From NCBI GenBank assembly GCA_010356995.1, contig ML996689.1, positions 1,816,691 through 1,876,117 of the forward strand: 59,427 nucleotides of DNA, in the 5' to 3' direction. Position numbers and translations under genes: made by a program. Within the stretch, counting starts at the first letter, position 1. Each line of letters starts with the position of its first letter. The notes under the pieces are model-generated. The model did no database searches, was not told where the DNA came from, and was given only the letters and a program-made list of their open reading frames with translations. This document shows positions 24,013 through 36,964 of this stretch, one piece after another. This stretch comes from Trichodelitschia bisporula (taxonomy: Eukaryota).

Positions 24013-25767
24013 GCTGGGAGAACATGGACGTCGAAAATTGATCCGTGGTGAAGCTCTCCGACCGGGGCTGCGACGTGCTATGCATCTTAAACTCGAGCAC
24101 ACTGTCTGATCGCCCAATGTCCGTAGCTATGGGCGAGTCAGCGCCACGCAGCGCCACCTTGCCGGCTTCTGTTCTGGCGTATGCACATCGCAAGGGAAAA
24201 TTACAAGCTTTTTCTCATCACATGCGGAGTGCCGGCGCCCAGTGGCTGTTGTTGCGAGTTTGCGACGGGATCGCGGTCCGCATCCCGAGCTTATCATCTT
24301 CGTGGATACCCCCCTCCAGCCTCGTACAGTATCCTGCACGCCGCAGGAACCGTGATCAGTACCTCCAGTGGGTGCACGCTACCCCGTACTTTTTCAATTA
24401 GAATTGCATTGCGGGGAAGATGGGGCTTCGAGTCAACAGCTCTGTTTCGAGGGGAGCGGTTCACATGAGCCGAGAGCACAGTAAAGCGAGGAAGCGTCAT
24501 GCAGCTTCTTATTGGATACACACCTCAGCATGTGGGTCTTAGCGAACCTTGATTGAATTAAGCGGAAAACCTAAAGCCCAGCATCCAATGGGCGCATTTA
24601 CCCATCGTAGTCGGTCCAGCCATGAATGCCGCCTCAAGGCAAATTCCGGGAGGATGCCGAAGGGATTGGCACAAGCATGCGGGATTGTCAGACGTTCGGC
24701 ATGCAGGACTGTTTCTCCATCCTCACATTCTGCATTCGATCGGGAAATTCTGGTAATCGATCACCATTCATGCCTTTCTTTTACTTGGTTTGTGAGGAGA
24801 CTCGATTCTGGGCCGGTCCGCACCAGCTACCGTACTGAGGGGCCGAACGCCCTGAGCTGACCTCGGCTCCCCACAAACTTTAACTTTCTAGCGATAACAC
24901 GACCAACCTCCGGTGCGGAAGCCGTCCGTCCATCCGGCGCTACCGTATACTGGTACCGTTCGTGAACGTTCGGCCGCGCGTTCCTTCACCTTTTCCCAGG
25001 GGCGCGGAAATCCTCATAGCAGCAGAGAACATCGCGCCCTTCAACCCCAGATCCAAGCTGAATCCCTGAATCTGGCCCCGCGCACATCGATTTCTAGCTT
25101 TTAAACTTCGCGTTGGGACACCCGCAATTGTTTGAGTATTTCTTCGCAGCCCAATTAACCTTGCTGATGTGATTCTAGGACTGACCTTGCAGCCCGCATG
25201 GCGAATCCGAAACGTCGGCCCTCGCATTGCGCACACTGCGCGACTCGCGCTGCATGTGCGAGGCGAACCGCGCCTTGGCCTTCACGGGCCCCATCGTCAA
25301 GTTCGGGCCACATCGAGAAGTTGGAGCCGGTGACTTGAAGAACTGTCAGGCCACTCTTTCCGTTGGTGAGAACTCAGAGCTTGAGAGATCAACGCAACCA
25401 TGCGGAAGAAGAGTGCGACCTCGTTACACTTCTTCACCTAGCCGCGCCACCTTTTGATGGCATATTCCGATGCCGAGGTCGGCGCAACGGTAGCCTTAAC
25501 GGCCACCCGCTGGATGCGCATCCAAACTGCCAACCCCATCTCTAATGATCCTGCCGATGTTTACCGTACGGTCGAATGCGAAGGGGGGCGTTCGCCTAGC
25601 TCCAGACAGCACGTCCGCGACTTGGATTCTCACCAGGATTGGCAGCGCCTGCTTCGGACCCGGGTGTGAGGCTACATACCGTACCGTACGATAGATCGGG
25701 TGGAGCGCAAGGACCGGGTCTGCGGCTAGAACTGCGGGGATTAAGCTTCGCTTGGCTTTGCCGGGGT

Positions 25768-25795
25768 GGGGGGGGGGGGGGGGGGGGGGGGGGGG
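25768..25795. repeat. G28 homopolymer
   Basis: 28 consecutive G. Confidence 0.9.
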
Positions 25796-26816
25796 CTTGG
25801 GGTTCTTTCAGGATTCGGCTGCAGCGACGACGTTGAAACGGGGCTTGTGTCGAGTGTCATGTGTGATGGGCAACAGGGGCGAGGGAGTTCGAGTCCGCCT
25901 CCGCCTCCGCCGTTGATGCAGGAGGTGGGGAGGAGAGCTGAGTTTAGCGGCGCGTTTATGGCGTGTCAAGGCGTTAAACTTGCGCGTATGCGAGGAGCGA
26001 AGGCTTCGAGGTGTACGGCGGATGTTGATCAGTGGCCTGGATACTACCGGCCGGCATATTCCGGGATTTGGTTCTCGTGCCCCGGATTTTATCTCCACAG
26101 CCGGTGGCACTATGTAGCGCCAAAGGTGCGAGCCGTTTCGGTAAGGCCCAAGGCGTTTTCGGGCCGGTTCTTACTGTGCTAAGCGGGAGGGAAAGAGAAG
26201 GGTGTGGTGAGGCAAAGGATCGCCGTTTTTTGAGCGGTTTGGTATGGCATGGAGTGTATGCGGAGGAGTAGACACGCGACCTTCACTGCGGTATCCTCCG
26301 ATATGCAGGAGGCAGGTTCGCAGAAATCGCACTGCCAGTGGTGCTTGACATGCAGATTCGGTTTTGCAGGGGGTGGTATCAAGCAATGGGATCTGTCACA
26401 TCAAGCTTTTTTTCCATTGGCAGTTGAGGCATCTACGCCCTTTACGATATGGGGAGGTAGGGAGATCATTATTGCCCACCGGCTTTTCGTCATTCGGCCC
26501 TGTTCGATGGGGGCATTAACTTTGGGAGCCACTACATACGTAGTATGTCCCCCCAGAAGCCTATGTCCCCGGATTTACTGTACATCCGTAAGGTAGCGCT
26601 TCACCTTATGATTCCCCGCTCTACAGTAGTAGTGTTTCGATGATGCTCTCTATCAACGTCTATATGTACATTGGCGGCACTTGACGGGCGACCCTAAGGA
26701 ATTCCGTAGGACTCCAGTGATCGACTCCACGAGGCTGAAGAACTCGAGCCCTTGCCAACCTGCAGCGCTGATCAGGGTTCATAGTTCATTTCCTCCGAGG
26801 CTCGAAACCTCCCCGA

Positions 26817-27907
26817 CTATCCAACAGTCTTCTCCTTCACAATGTCAGCTTGCACCACCTTAACGTCCTCAGGTCCCTCCTGCCGTCCCACAAAACCACC
26901 ATCGAGCACCGCAATCAACTCGTCCAGCCGAGTAATAATCAAATCCGTGTGCACATGCTCAGCAAGGTGTTTGTTTGCCTCATTGACCAGCAACACCGTA
27001 GCCGCGCCCGCGCGGTACCCAGCCGTCATATCATCGATGCTGTCACCCACCATGATCAAGTTATGCGCCGAAGGGAGGCCCCACTGCGCCGCGATATGCA
27101 GGATCCCCGCCGGGTGTGGTTTAGGCGGACGAAACTCGCGGGTTCTATATCGTCAGTCACTGGCGCTCTCGGTAAGAGGGAAATAGAACATAAGCCACGC
27201 ACATAATCGGCTCAAACAGCGTACCCGGCATAAACGTCTCAATCAAATGCGCCACCGGCGTCCTGCACCACATCAGCATCCCATCAGACCAGCCCACGAG
27301 GCCACGCACTCAAAGTTCCGCGTACATATCCCCTTCCGCATCCCCCGCCCCTCAAGATAGCCCATCAACTCCAGCAATCCGATCTGCGGCCTCTGCACGG
27401 CCATCGCCTCGCTCTCAATCGTGCGCACCGCCGCCATGGCCGTTTCTTGTGCCTCGGGCGTAGGCAGCGCGTAGATGTGGTCTAGGATGTCGGTTGTGCG
27501 TGGGATGCCGAGGGCGGCGCGCATTTGCGCGAACATGTAGTTTTGCGGCTCGCCTAAGTGGGGTGCGTTAGCTGGCCAGTTTCCAATCTCGTCTGTAAAC
27601 TCTCCACGGCGTGGAGTGAAATATCAAGCTTACATAGCGTGCCGTCGACGTCGAATACCACCCCCGCTAGCTCCTCTCCCCCATCTTTCCCCGCGGTCCG
27701 CAGCGCCGGGTTTAGCGCTTTGAACCGCCGAGGTCGGGGGTGGCGGGTTGTCGGCTCGAGGAGGGTTGCGACGGTGGCGGTTGGGGTCGTGGTGGACATA
27801 CTTCGCTCTCTAGATAGTGAGTAATGGAAGAGCTTGCGGTACACGGTGGGAGTGATTGCTCGTGGAAGGCAGTGTAGTGTGCGGTGGAGGTGAATTGGAA
27901 GTGACAT
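26817..27907 (-). CDS. HAD-superfamily hydrolase (YOR131C-like)
   Basis: Motif I VFDVDGTLC, ICTRNF, FRPPKPHPAG, MVGDSIDD; multi-exon; alternative start ATG 27799. Confidence 0.88.
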
Positions 27908-28434
27908 TTCGATTGATAGTGGGCCTGCAGGGCTGAGGTGGGCTGGGCAGGGATGCATGGTGGGATGGTGGGGTATTTATGCCGGGGGTGGGGTGAGGTA
28001 AACGGCATCGAATGATATGGACATCATGGAGAGGTTGAATAGGAAGAGCTGATAAGATATTGGTCGTTGAGCTTGATAAGACGAGTACGGATGTAGACCG
28101 TGTGTAATTGATCGATATGTGCCTTGATTGCAACCTTGAGCACGTTATCTAAAGGTGAGGTGGAAATAAAACCAAAGGCTGGACCTCATGATGATGTACT
28201 GAGGCTCGTCTGGAGGGCACAACATGTACAGTACTGAAGGCACTAGCTTGTAGAAGTATCTGGATCATTGTAAGGCCATCTGGTCCACACCGTGCACAAA
28301 TACACTGCGCCGGCTGAAGTGCTGGTTCAGACATTTTGAACGCCTAGGCTTCGACCTCATGAGGCTGACGCCCCCGATGTTCCACAAGGCCAGCCTTCTG
28401 TCCCCTTCGTAGTATACCACAGTGGTATCTCCAT

Positions 28435-29835
28435 CTAATCGTCAAACACCACCTTCTTCCCTGTCCCTTGCACAACCGCTACACTAGCCCGCTGGGCATT
28501 CATCAACGCTGCGCCAGGTCTGATAGTCCGCGCATCAACCTTCTCATTCAACATCACATCCCTCTGCGCACGGCGCGCCTCCCGTCTCCGATCATGAGCC
28601 TTCTTTCTGTCCCCTCCTTCAGCCTCAGCGCCCTCTCCATCCCCAGCGGCACAGTCTGCTTCAGGTTTTCCTCCAAAGCGTTTCTTGTACCGCACGCTCG
28701 CATCCTCGGCGAATTCGACGCGGAGGGTGCGGCCATGAAGGCGGTTGACGAACCACTTGCGGGGCTTGGGAGCTTTCTTCGCCTTCTTGGTCGGCTTGCT
28801 CTTGGGTTTCGCATCCGAGTCAGAGCCAGAGGCCGAGCCGGCGTCGGAGGCGGCGTCGCTGCCCGCCTTTTTCTCCTCCGCCTCGTCATCTTCGGACGAA
28901 GACTCAGAGTCAGACTCCTCTACTGGCTTGTAGGTGTACCCGCGTACCGCATCCTCGCCCGCCGAGAGGTCCTTGAACGTCACCCAGGCAAAGCCCTTGC
29001 ACTTCCCCGTGTCCTCAAACGTGGCGAGATGCACATCAACCACCTCCCCACAGTGAGCATAATGCTCCTCCAGATCTTGCTTCGTGACGTCGAAGCCTAG
29101 ATTGCCCACAAACACACGCCTGCTAGGTGGTTTCTCCGGATTGCTCCGCCCTGTTGTCACCTTCCCGTCCTTCCCGGTTGTCTCCGTCCCCTCAGCAGGC
29201 TTCTCCGGCCGCCCAGCAAAGTTGTCCGCCCGCTTGATCAATACGGCGCGCCCGCCGAGCAGACTCTCGCTCAGCTCAAGGGCCGACTCCAATTGTTCCC
29301 GCTTCTCAAAGTCCACATATGCAAACCCCTTGTTCGTCGGCTTGACCGCCAGGCGAGGGCTGCGGCCTGCGGGTACCGGCATGTGGATACGCGTGATGGC
29401 CGAGGGAGGGATGGAGCCATGGGCCTCGAAAAAGGTCTTCAGTGAGTCCTTGGTGGTTGTCCATGGCAAATTGCCGATCCAGATACTGTGCGGGGAGCGC
29501 TTAGCGGGTTGCTTGTCGTCGGGGTTGGGCTGATCTTCGGCATCGTCGCCTTTCGTCTCGTCGTCAGAGTTGTCGGCGCCGTCAGCGCTTTTGCTCTTCC
29601 GTGCCTTCTTCTCGCTCTTATCCTTCTTCTCACTCTTCGATGGCTTGACCTTCTTCGCCCGTCGAGCCTCCTTCTTGGACGGCGGCTCCGGCAGCGTGAG
29701 ATCGATCTCTAGCTCCGGTTCGTCCTTCGCGGTGCGCTTGCGCTTCTTCGTCTTCTTCGCCGTGTCAGCGGCTCCGGAGTCGGAGGTATCCGCCGTAGCA
29801 AGAACCATGGGGTCCGGTTTGGGAGATGAGGACAT
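28435..29835 (-). CDS. NOP13: Nucleolar protein with two RRM domains (Nop13)
   Basis: Lys-rich N-terminus, RRM1 IWIGNL..NKGFAYVDF, RRM2 VFVGNL..CKGFAWVTF; first ATG at 29835. Confidence 0.85.
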   Translation of the reverse strand: MSSSPKPDPMVLATADTSDSGAADTAKKTKKRKRTAKDEPELEIDLTLPEPPSKKEARRAKKVKPSKSEKKDKSEKKARKSKSADGADNSDDETKGDDAEDQPNPDDKQPAKRSPHSIWIGNLPWTTTKDSLKTFFEAHGSIPPSAITRIHMPVPAGRSPRLAVKPTNKGFAYVDFEKREQLESALELSESLLGGRAVLIKRADNFAGRPEKPAEGTETTGKDGKVTTGRSNPEKPPSRRVFVGNLGFDVTKQDLEEHYAHCGEVVDVHLATFEDTGKCKGFAWVTFKDLSAGEDAVRGYTYKPVEESDSESSSEDDEAEEKKAGSDAASDAGSASGSDSDAKPKSKPTKKAKKAPKPRKWFVNRLHGRTLRVEFAEDASVRYKKRFGGKPEADCAAGDGEGAEAEGGDRKKAHDRRREARRAQRDVMLNEKVDARTIRPGAALMNAQRASVAVVQGTGKKVVFDD

Positions 29836-30740
29836 GATGTGCTTGTCGGGGGCGCGATGTGATGTGAGTGCCGGAGTGGTTGGTGGTCGGTGAGAGGGTG
29901 AGGCTGGACGAGCTTCGAAAAAAAAAATGCGAGGCCAACGCTTGGGCCTTTCTCCACAGGCTTGGCGCTTGGCAGCAAAGATCGGGGTGGAACGAACAGA
30001 ACTGATATTCATCAATTGCAGGTCCAGTTTTGAGGTTGACGGTTCATAAAGCTGTTGGTGTTTAGGATTCAATCTTGGGCATGTGCTGGCCGAATTTCAA
30101 ATGGATCAGGCCAGATGATGAATTTTGGCGCAATTTCTAGCAAGGCTGAAGGGGATACATAAAACTCCAGCCTTCAACCATGCGACACATCAAAGGTGGG
30201 AAGCACCACGAAAGAGGATCACAAAACCACCACCATAATACCGCTTCGGGAGGAGAAATGTTGGGCAGTGATAATTTTCTCATAACCAGACGGTCTTACA
30301 TTGCCGACTAAGTATTACAAATGAGATATCTACGATTCTGTATCATGAGGAATGGGGATGAACCAGGAATTGGTTAATCGCAAAGCTGGTGACAGCGTGG
30401 GAATGGTCCTAACAGAGCTGCCAACAACCTCGGACAGCTCTGCCAAAAGCTCAGATCGTGGATGGAGAGATGTCGTTGCAAGAGACGTCGTTGCGGCAAG
30501 CGTCAGATGCTCGCCGTGTTCCCCACACGCAGCTTTTGCGCCTGCCTCGGCAGGCTAGACGGCTGCGCTTCTGCGCTTACGACCTCCAACATTTTGTGCT
30601 TGTAGCATTCAGTCGCATATAAGAGTTGACATTGCACTTCCAGTGAGATTGAATTTGTACTTTTATAGTCAGGTCTACCTAGACAACCGTCCGCATCCGC
30701 TCCACCAAGCAAGGCCGTCCTTGCCTCCATCACCTTCACC

Positions 30741-31719
30741 ATGTCCACCGAAACCTTCGACTACAAGTACTTCAACGTCACCTTCCCAGCCGAACATGTC
30801 GCGGTTGTCGAAATCAACCGGCCGGAGAAGCTCAATGCCTTCGTAGAGGAGTACGTCTGAAGCCCACAAGCCTCGGAGGCATTTCGCCTCGAGTGCTAGA
30901 TTCCCGAATCTCGCTCGCATCTAACCCCCATAGGATGTGGCACAACCTCTCCAAAATTATAACCCGCCTCTCCCTCTCCCCCACCATCCGCTCCATCCTC
31001 CTCACGGGCGCGGGGCGCGCCTTCACCGCCGGCCTCGACGTACAAGCCGCCTCCCAAGGCCCCACCCTCAACACCGGCGCCAGCGCCAACAGCGACCCCG
31101 CCCGCCTCGCCCTGCACCACAAAGCCCACATCCTCGACTTCCAAGCCTGCATCACCAGCATCGAGCGCTGCGCCAAACCCGTCATAGTCCTCCTCCACGG
31201 GATAAGCTACGGCCTGGCCATCGACATCAGCGTGGCGTGCGACGTGCGGCTCGCGACGGCGGATGCGCGGCTGTGCATCAAGGAGGTTGATATCGGGATT
31301 GCGGCGGATATTGGCACGTTGACGCGCTTGCCCAAGGCGGGTGTGTCTATGTCGTGGGTTAAGGAGGTTGCGCTGACGGCGCGCGAGTTTGGTGCCGAGG
31401 AGGCACTGCGGGTCGGCCTTGTATCGGCTGTGCTGCCGGACAAGACGAAGGGCATCGAGGCGGCGCTTGATATTTGCCGCACTATTGCGAGCAAGAGCCC
31501 GATCGCGACGCTCGGCACCAAGGAGCTCATCAACTACAGCCGCGACCACACTGTCGAGGAGGGTGAGTTTGTTTTCTACGTGTTTACAAAGGCCCCGCTC
31601 ACACAGCAGGTCTCAACTACACGGCCGTGTGGAATGCAGCCATGCTGCAGACAGGCGACGTCAAAAGCGCGTTACTATCGGGTCTGCAGCGGAGGAAGCC
31701 GACTTTCGAGAAGTTGTAG
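30741..31719 (+). CDS. ECH1: Delta(3,5)-Delta(2,4)-dienoyl-CoA isomerase (crotonase superfamily)
   Basis: INRPEKLNAF, FTAGLD, KEVDIGIAADIGTLTRLPK; introns 30851-30933 and about 31563-31609; C-terminal PTFEKL (PTS1-like). Confidence 0.88.
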
Positions 31720-31839
31720 TCACATCACGCAATGTAGTTGTTTGAAGCCGCTTATTGACCGACGGAAAACTTATGCCAGATCACCGTGAACGCACTTCAC
31801 GCCGTCAATTCGTGCACCATAACCATCCCAACCCCGAAC

Positions 31840-33039
31840 CTAACCCCGCGACATAACGCCCCAGGCACGGATCTTGTTGTCCGTGTACCCGGCGAACAGC
31901 GTCTGGCCGTCCGCGCTCCACGCCAAGCTCACGCACTCCGGCTCCCGGCTCTTCTTGCCCACCTCGACATACTCCGGCTTCAGCTCATCAACCTTGCTCT
32001 TCTTCTCAAGGTCGAAGATGATGATGCTGCTGGCCGTCGCGGCGCAGAGCCAGTAGCGGTTGGGAGAGAAAACGAGAGCGTGGATCTCGTCACCGGCGGT
32101 CAGCGAGTAGAGGTGCTTCGACTCGTTGAGGTCCCACAGCATCGTGGTGCCGTCCTTACCGCCGGACGCGCAGAGCGAGCCATCGGGGGAGATGGTGACA
32201 GTGTTGATGTAGCCGGTGTGGCCAATGTGGTCGGTTTGGATCTTGCAGGTGGCCAGTTCCCAGACCTGGACCGTTAGCGGTGCCAACTGGTTTTGCGTGA
32301 AGATAAGACAGGAGGGATATTCAATCAGAAATTGGTGTTGTTGGTCTCATAGCAAAAGCTCTGAAGTAGCAAATACATGTGTAGCATCATTGAAGCAAGG
32401 GGATAAAAAAGAGTGCACGTACCTTGACGATCTTGTCCCAGCCAGCGCTGACAATCACCGGGTTCTGCGGGTTCGGGCTGAAGCGCACGCACGAGACCCA
32501 CTCCGAGTGGCCCTTGTCCGTGATGGTGTACTTGCAGTCACCGAGCGTGTTCCACAGCTTGATGGTGCGGTCGCGCGAGCCGGACACAATCTGGCGGTTG
32601 TCGGCGGAGAAGGAGACAGACAGCACGTCGTTGGTGTGGCCGACGAAGCGGCGCGTCGTGATGCCGGTCGACAGCTCCCACAGCCGGAGAGTCTTGTCCC
32701 ACGACGAGGAGAGGGCGTAAGCGCCGTCCGAGGAGATGACCTTTCTTCTCGTCAGCGAATTTTATGGCGCCATGAGGCGGTACGTACGCAGTCGGACACG
32801 ATGTGCGAGTGCCCGTGGAGGCTGCGCTTCGGGTAGCCGTAGGACGTCTCGTCGCGCGTGAGGTTCCAGATGATGAGCGTCTTGTCACGGCTGGCGGAGA
32901 GCAGCATGTTCGGGCTGGCTGGTTAGTCGTGAGGCTATCGCCGATGGGCAAAAACTCACTTCTCCAAGGACGTCGCGAGCGACGTGACCCAGCCGGAATG
33001 GCCCTCGAGGGTGCCGCGGAGAACCAGTTGCTCAGCCAT
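31840..33039 (-). CDS. ASC1: RACK1 / Asc1 / Cpc2 WD40 40S ribosomal protein
   Basis: [24 protein letters not shown]...[12 protein letters not shown]...[11 protein letters not shown]; three introns incl. 32266-32422. Confidence 0.97.
32320..32394 (-). ncRNA. snR24: Box C/D snoRNA U24 (snR24) in RACK1 intron
   Basis: Terminal stem TTCAA/TTGAA, box C ATGATG, guide TATTTGCTACT before D' CAGA, C' ATGAGA, box D CTGA; U24 is known to be hosted in ASC1/cpc2 introns. Confidence 0.9.
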
Positions 33040-33765
33040 ATTGGTGATGGACAACTGAGAATTGGCGGGTGAATTGGTGAGCGCGGATGGATGAGGAGGA
33101 GCTGCAGGTTGAATTCACTTTACGAGTGTGCGATTTTCCAACATCCCCTGCTCGCTTGCGCTAACCGTCTTGGGCTTGGCGCAGTCCATGACTGCCTGAG
33201 GCGGGAACAGCGGGGTTGGCGCTTTTGAGAGGCAGGATATTTTGGCATCGGTGATATTCGCCGTAGGAGTCCACGCGAGAAGAATCGAGGCAAAGGATTG
33301 AAATAGAGACGACGAGGCAACCGCTGCAGCTCTCAATGGGCAAGCTCTCCCTTTTATATGCGGACAGGATGCTGAACGGATGTCTATCTGGTGCCAAGTG
33401 TACGCTTGTCAAGACAAATCTCCGGGCGGACTGTTGCTCGCAAGTGGAGAGATATGATCAAAGCAGACGCCTTCGTGTCCACGGAGCGATCACATCGGTG
33501 TACAAGTGAATTAGATCAATTCCTTCTGCCATACTGACATCTAACTTAATTCATGGAAACCTTCTTGCCACCAACAATGCACCACGGCCAGATTGGCTTG
33601 CAAGGACAAATGTGGTCAATGTCGGCACAGTACTCCGCACATCGGTGGTACATGTGCTCACCGAGCAATGACATGGTCACGATACTCGATGATAGACGCG
33701 CAAGCAAGTATCAATCACAATCCTGAGATAAAAAGCAATATTCAGTGAATGGAAGATGCGGAGTA

Positions 33766-34072
33766 TCACTCGGACTCTGAATCCTCGGCCTCACGAACGG
33801 TCTCCTTCAGTTGCTGGCGGGATCAGCAAAATGTATTGGAGTCGAAGCGTGACGTACCTCCTTGAGCCGTCGTTTGAGCTCCGCCAGCTTCCCCTCCTTC
33901 ACTAAGCAGGTCCCGCTGTCGAGGTCCTCGATGATGAACTCGTTCCTGCCCTCGTCGATCTTGCGAATGATGGCCATGATGGATTCGTCACACTGGACAA
34001 GAACACCTGCGTTGCTTAGCATTGTCATGACTGGGAGAGGAAATGCGGACCCCGGGTAGCCTTGGGAGGCAT
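33766..34072 (-). CDS. TFB5: TFIIH subunit Tfb5 (p8/TTD-A)
   Basis: MPPKATRGVLVQCDESIMAIIRKID..FIIEDLD; introns 34007-34050 and 33814-33857. Confidence 0.92.
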
Positions 34073-35011
34073 GACGGTGGGTAGCAATGGGGTATGGAGT
34101 AGACAGAGACGTAGGGAAGCGTAATGTTTCGGGGCTGGATGGTGTGAATGTTGTGGCTAAATGGAGCGGTGGTTATCACGATATGCAGTACTTCGCTCCT
34201 TCAAGACGCCGGTAAACTCTTTCTGCTTTGGCACCGCTGGTGGAAGCTGCTCGATTGCTCGCCTTAAGTACCAGATATCAGGTTAAAAGGTACACGTACT
34301 GCGTACGTCAGCCAAACCTCTTCAGATCTGCCTCTCGAATCTCGACATCGACTCGGACCTTCACTCGCAAAGTCGTCGTCCAGAACCCAAGCAGATTCAC
34401 ACCAGCAAACAAGCTCATGCATCGTTAAAAAGCTTTCCCCGATACAGACGCGTGGCGGACAGAAAATCCACTTGAAGGCGACCAGGCCGTTTTCAGGCAC
34501 GTTATTACGGCTGCACGCGGATTGGCGCCTTCTCCTCTCCGCCAAGGCGTCACGACCAAAGCGACGGGGTTGTCGCAACTCAACTCAAAATCCAAGTCTC
34601 ATCAACTCCCCAACAACCCGTTCCACCGCTCCGTTTGGCTTCTCCATGAAACGTTGGTTGCTCGCTCGTTGGAAACCTTCCGCTTCAATTGCCTCTTCAC
34701 GGTGAATGCAGGCCGCTCTTCGGCCTCGTTCTTCTCAACATCTCTTGACGCCGGCCCTTGCGCCTTCCCCGCCAGCCGCCAGCCGCCAACCGCCCGCCAG
34801 CGCCAGTGGACAAGCTGAGCTCGAGGCTTATCTCCTGGCGCTAACCGCCACGCAGCCTCGCCGCAACCCCTCCGCGTTTCGACCTCCTGGGTGTGAAGAC
34901 GAGTTCATCGTGCCTACAAAGTGACACTCAACCTCCGCCTTCGGACGCACCCTGCGTTGACCTCAGACATCTGACACCATGCGCCGGCAGGGACACCCGA
35001 CGTGCGTCCGC

Positions 35012-35641
35012 ATGGTGTCGTTCACGGCACTGCTGTACAATCTCTTGCTGAGCGCTTTGGCACAGTTGACAACGCCTCTTTCGTCCGTTCCGTCCTCCTT
35101 TTCGACCGTCACTCGACCGACCTCCACAACATCCTCGGCCTTTGCCTCGAACACAACATTTGGGCTCAATGCCACCCTTCCCGTCGACATCCGCCCCGAG
35201 GCGACCGACAGCGGCCCCGATACATCACCAGGGGGAGATGATGACGATCCCATAACGGCCCGGCGGGCGACCATGCTGAACTACTACTTCGTCTTCGCCG
35301 CCCTGCTAGTGATGTTCATGTTCCTGGGGGCATACCTCCTGCACCTGCGCAAGAAAAAGATAAAGGAGCGCTCGCGGAACAGCGGACACAATGCGCTCGC
35401 GCGGGATCTCGACGGCTGGGTTGGCTCGCGGCGATGGATGTACGGGAACTGGCGCCAGGCTCCACCGCCACGGCAGGAAGGACTGAATGAGCTGGGCGAG
35501 GCCCCGCCGCCCTACAAGCCGGAGCCAGGCCAGGAGCTGCCGCAGATTCCGTTGCAGACTCTGGCCCGAGACCCACAGGACAGGGCGAGCCCGCCTGACT
35601 ACGAGGCAGTAGCTGGGCATCTCGACGAACCACGGCGGTGA
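35012..35641 (+). CDS. Type I single-pass membrane protein with cytosolic PPxY motifs
   Basis: Signal peptide, Ser/Thr-rich ectodomain, TM YYFVFAALLVMFMFLGAYLL followed by RKKK, EGLNELGEAPPPY and PPDY. Confidence 0.8.
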   Translation: MVSFTALLYNLLLSALAQLTTPLSSVPSSFSTVTRPTSTTSSAFASNTTFGLNATLPVDIRPEATDSGPDTSPGGDDDDPITARRATMLNYYFVFAALLVMFMFLGAYLLHLRKKKIKERSRNSGHNALARDLDGWVGSRRWMYGNWRQAPPPRQEGLNELGEAPPPYKPEPGQELPQIPLQTLARDPQDRASPPDYEAVAGHLDEPRR

Positions 35642-36076
35642 TGGACCACGACGACTGGCAGGCAATGGCTGACCGGACGGAAGGCCATGAGGTCGTGACA
35701 AACGAAGGGACCGAATCTATCGCAAGCCGCTGGCAGTCACTATATCATTTGCATCAAATGGCGTTACGACATGTTACGAAGGGCGGGTATGGCGTTAATA
35801 TGGGACCGGAGACTTGCTCCAGGATGGGATGGAGTCAGTGCGTCCAGTGAGACATGACGTATCGCTGGCGCAGGATTGTACTTAATGGATTGACATAGTG
35901 CACACAGTGCCATAGGAATATCAGACGTCTCTTGACGCATACTCCTACCCCATGCTTCCCATGTCTATTGTCTCCCAGGCAGCAATTCGGATCCAACCCT
36001 TGTATACACTGACCGTATTGTATAACTACACCGTGAACGCCGCCCGTGTACGCCATACCGCGCGCGAAAGCATCAA

Positions 36077-36760
36077 TCAATCGAGATAGCCTGACTCTTC
36101 ATCCAGTATGCCAACGAGGCCGCGGGCCCGGCGGTGGACGCCACTATTCACCGGCGGCCACTGCTGGTTCTTCTTGTGTAGAGTATCCACCGCCTCGAGG
36201 GCTCCTTCCAGGTTACTGCCCGGTTAGCCACCGTTCTGCTTATAGTGGGGTGTTACCTCAAGTCTGCGTGCACGACGTAGCCTTGCCCTTCCAGTGCCTC
36301 GGCCAGCTCGACCTGATGGTTGTCCAGTAGAGACGGGTTCGGCACGACGATGATCGGCGCGTTGACGCGGAGAGCTTCTAGGATGGAGCCGGAGCCTTAA
36401 ACATCAGTCCGTGCATACGAAAGTAATGACGAAAATACCGGCATGTGTAATGACAACGCCATCGGCGCGCCATTCGGGCTTCTGACGCGCCATCAACATG
36501 TCATCCTTGAGCGATTCCTTAAAGGCGAAGCCCACGACGTCCAGTTTGAGTTCGTCAACGAGGTCCTCATTTGCCTGCGCTAGCAGCTTCGTGAAGACAT
36601 CGTTGCTATTGCCGTACTGCACTCGAAGCGAAGTGAAGCCTGACTTCTGGAGCGCGCAGAGGAACGCGGGGTTTAGGACGGCGCGTACGAGATCGTCGAA
36701 TTGAGCGGTTGCCCCGATTGTAACGAAACAGCGCCGCTCGAGCGGAAACTCGCTTGTCAT
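36077..36760 (-). CDS. ALG13: UDP-N-acetylglucosamine transferase subunit ALG13
   Basis: [46 protein letters not shown] after removing two introns. Confidence 0.93.
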
Positions 36761-36964
36761 GGGTGAATTGGGCTCAAGCGTGGCAGAGTACTGATGGTGA
36801 ACGTGGGGTAGCAAACAGACAGGGCACCGGCTGTTTGACAGCTCTTGCGAATCATGTCGGCCGGAGGTTCGGCCCCACCGCACAGACCTCACCGCCCTGC
36901 CACGACCGGCAGAATTGTCTATCTACGAGTTTGCGTGAGCTTCGCGTCACCGTCACATCACATC

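Noticed and set aside
25887..25896. GTTCGAGTCC B-box / tRNA T-loop-like motif
   Set aside because: No D-arm, anticodon arm or acceptor stem around it
29836..30072. N-terminal extension of the NOP13 ORF from a non-ATG start
   Set aside because: Reads like UTR/promoter sequence; ATG 29835 has good context
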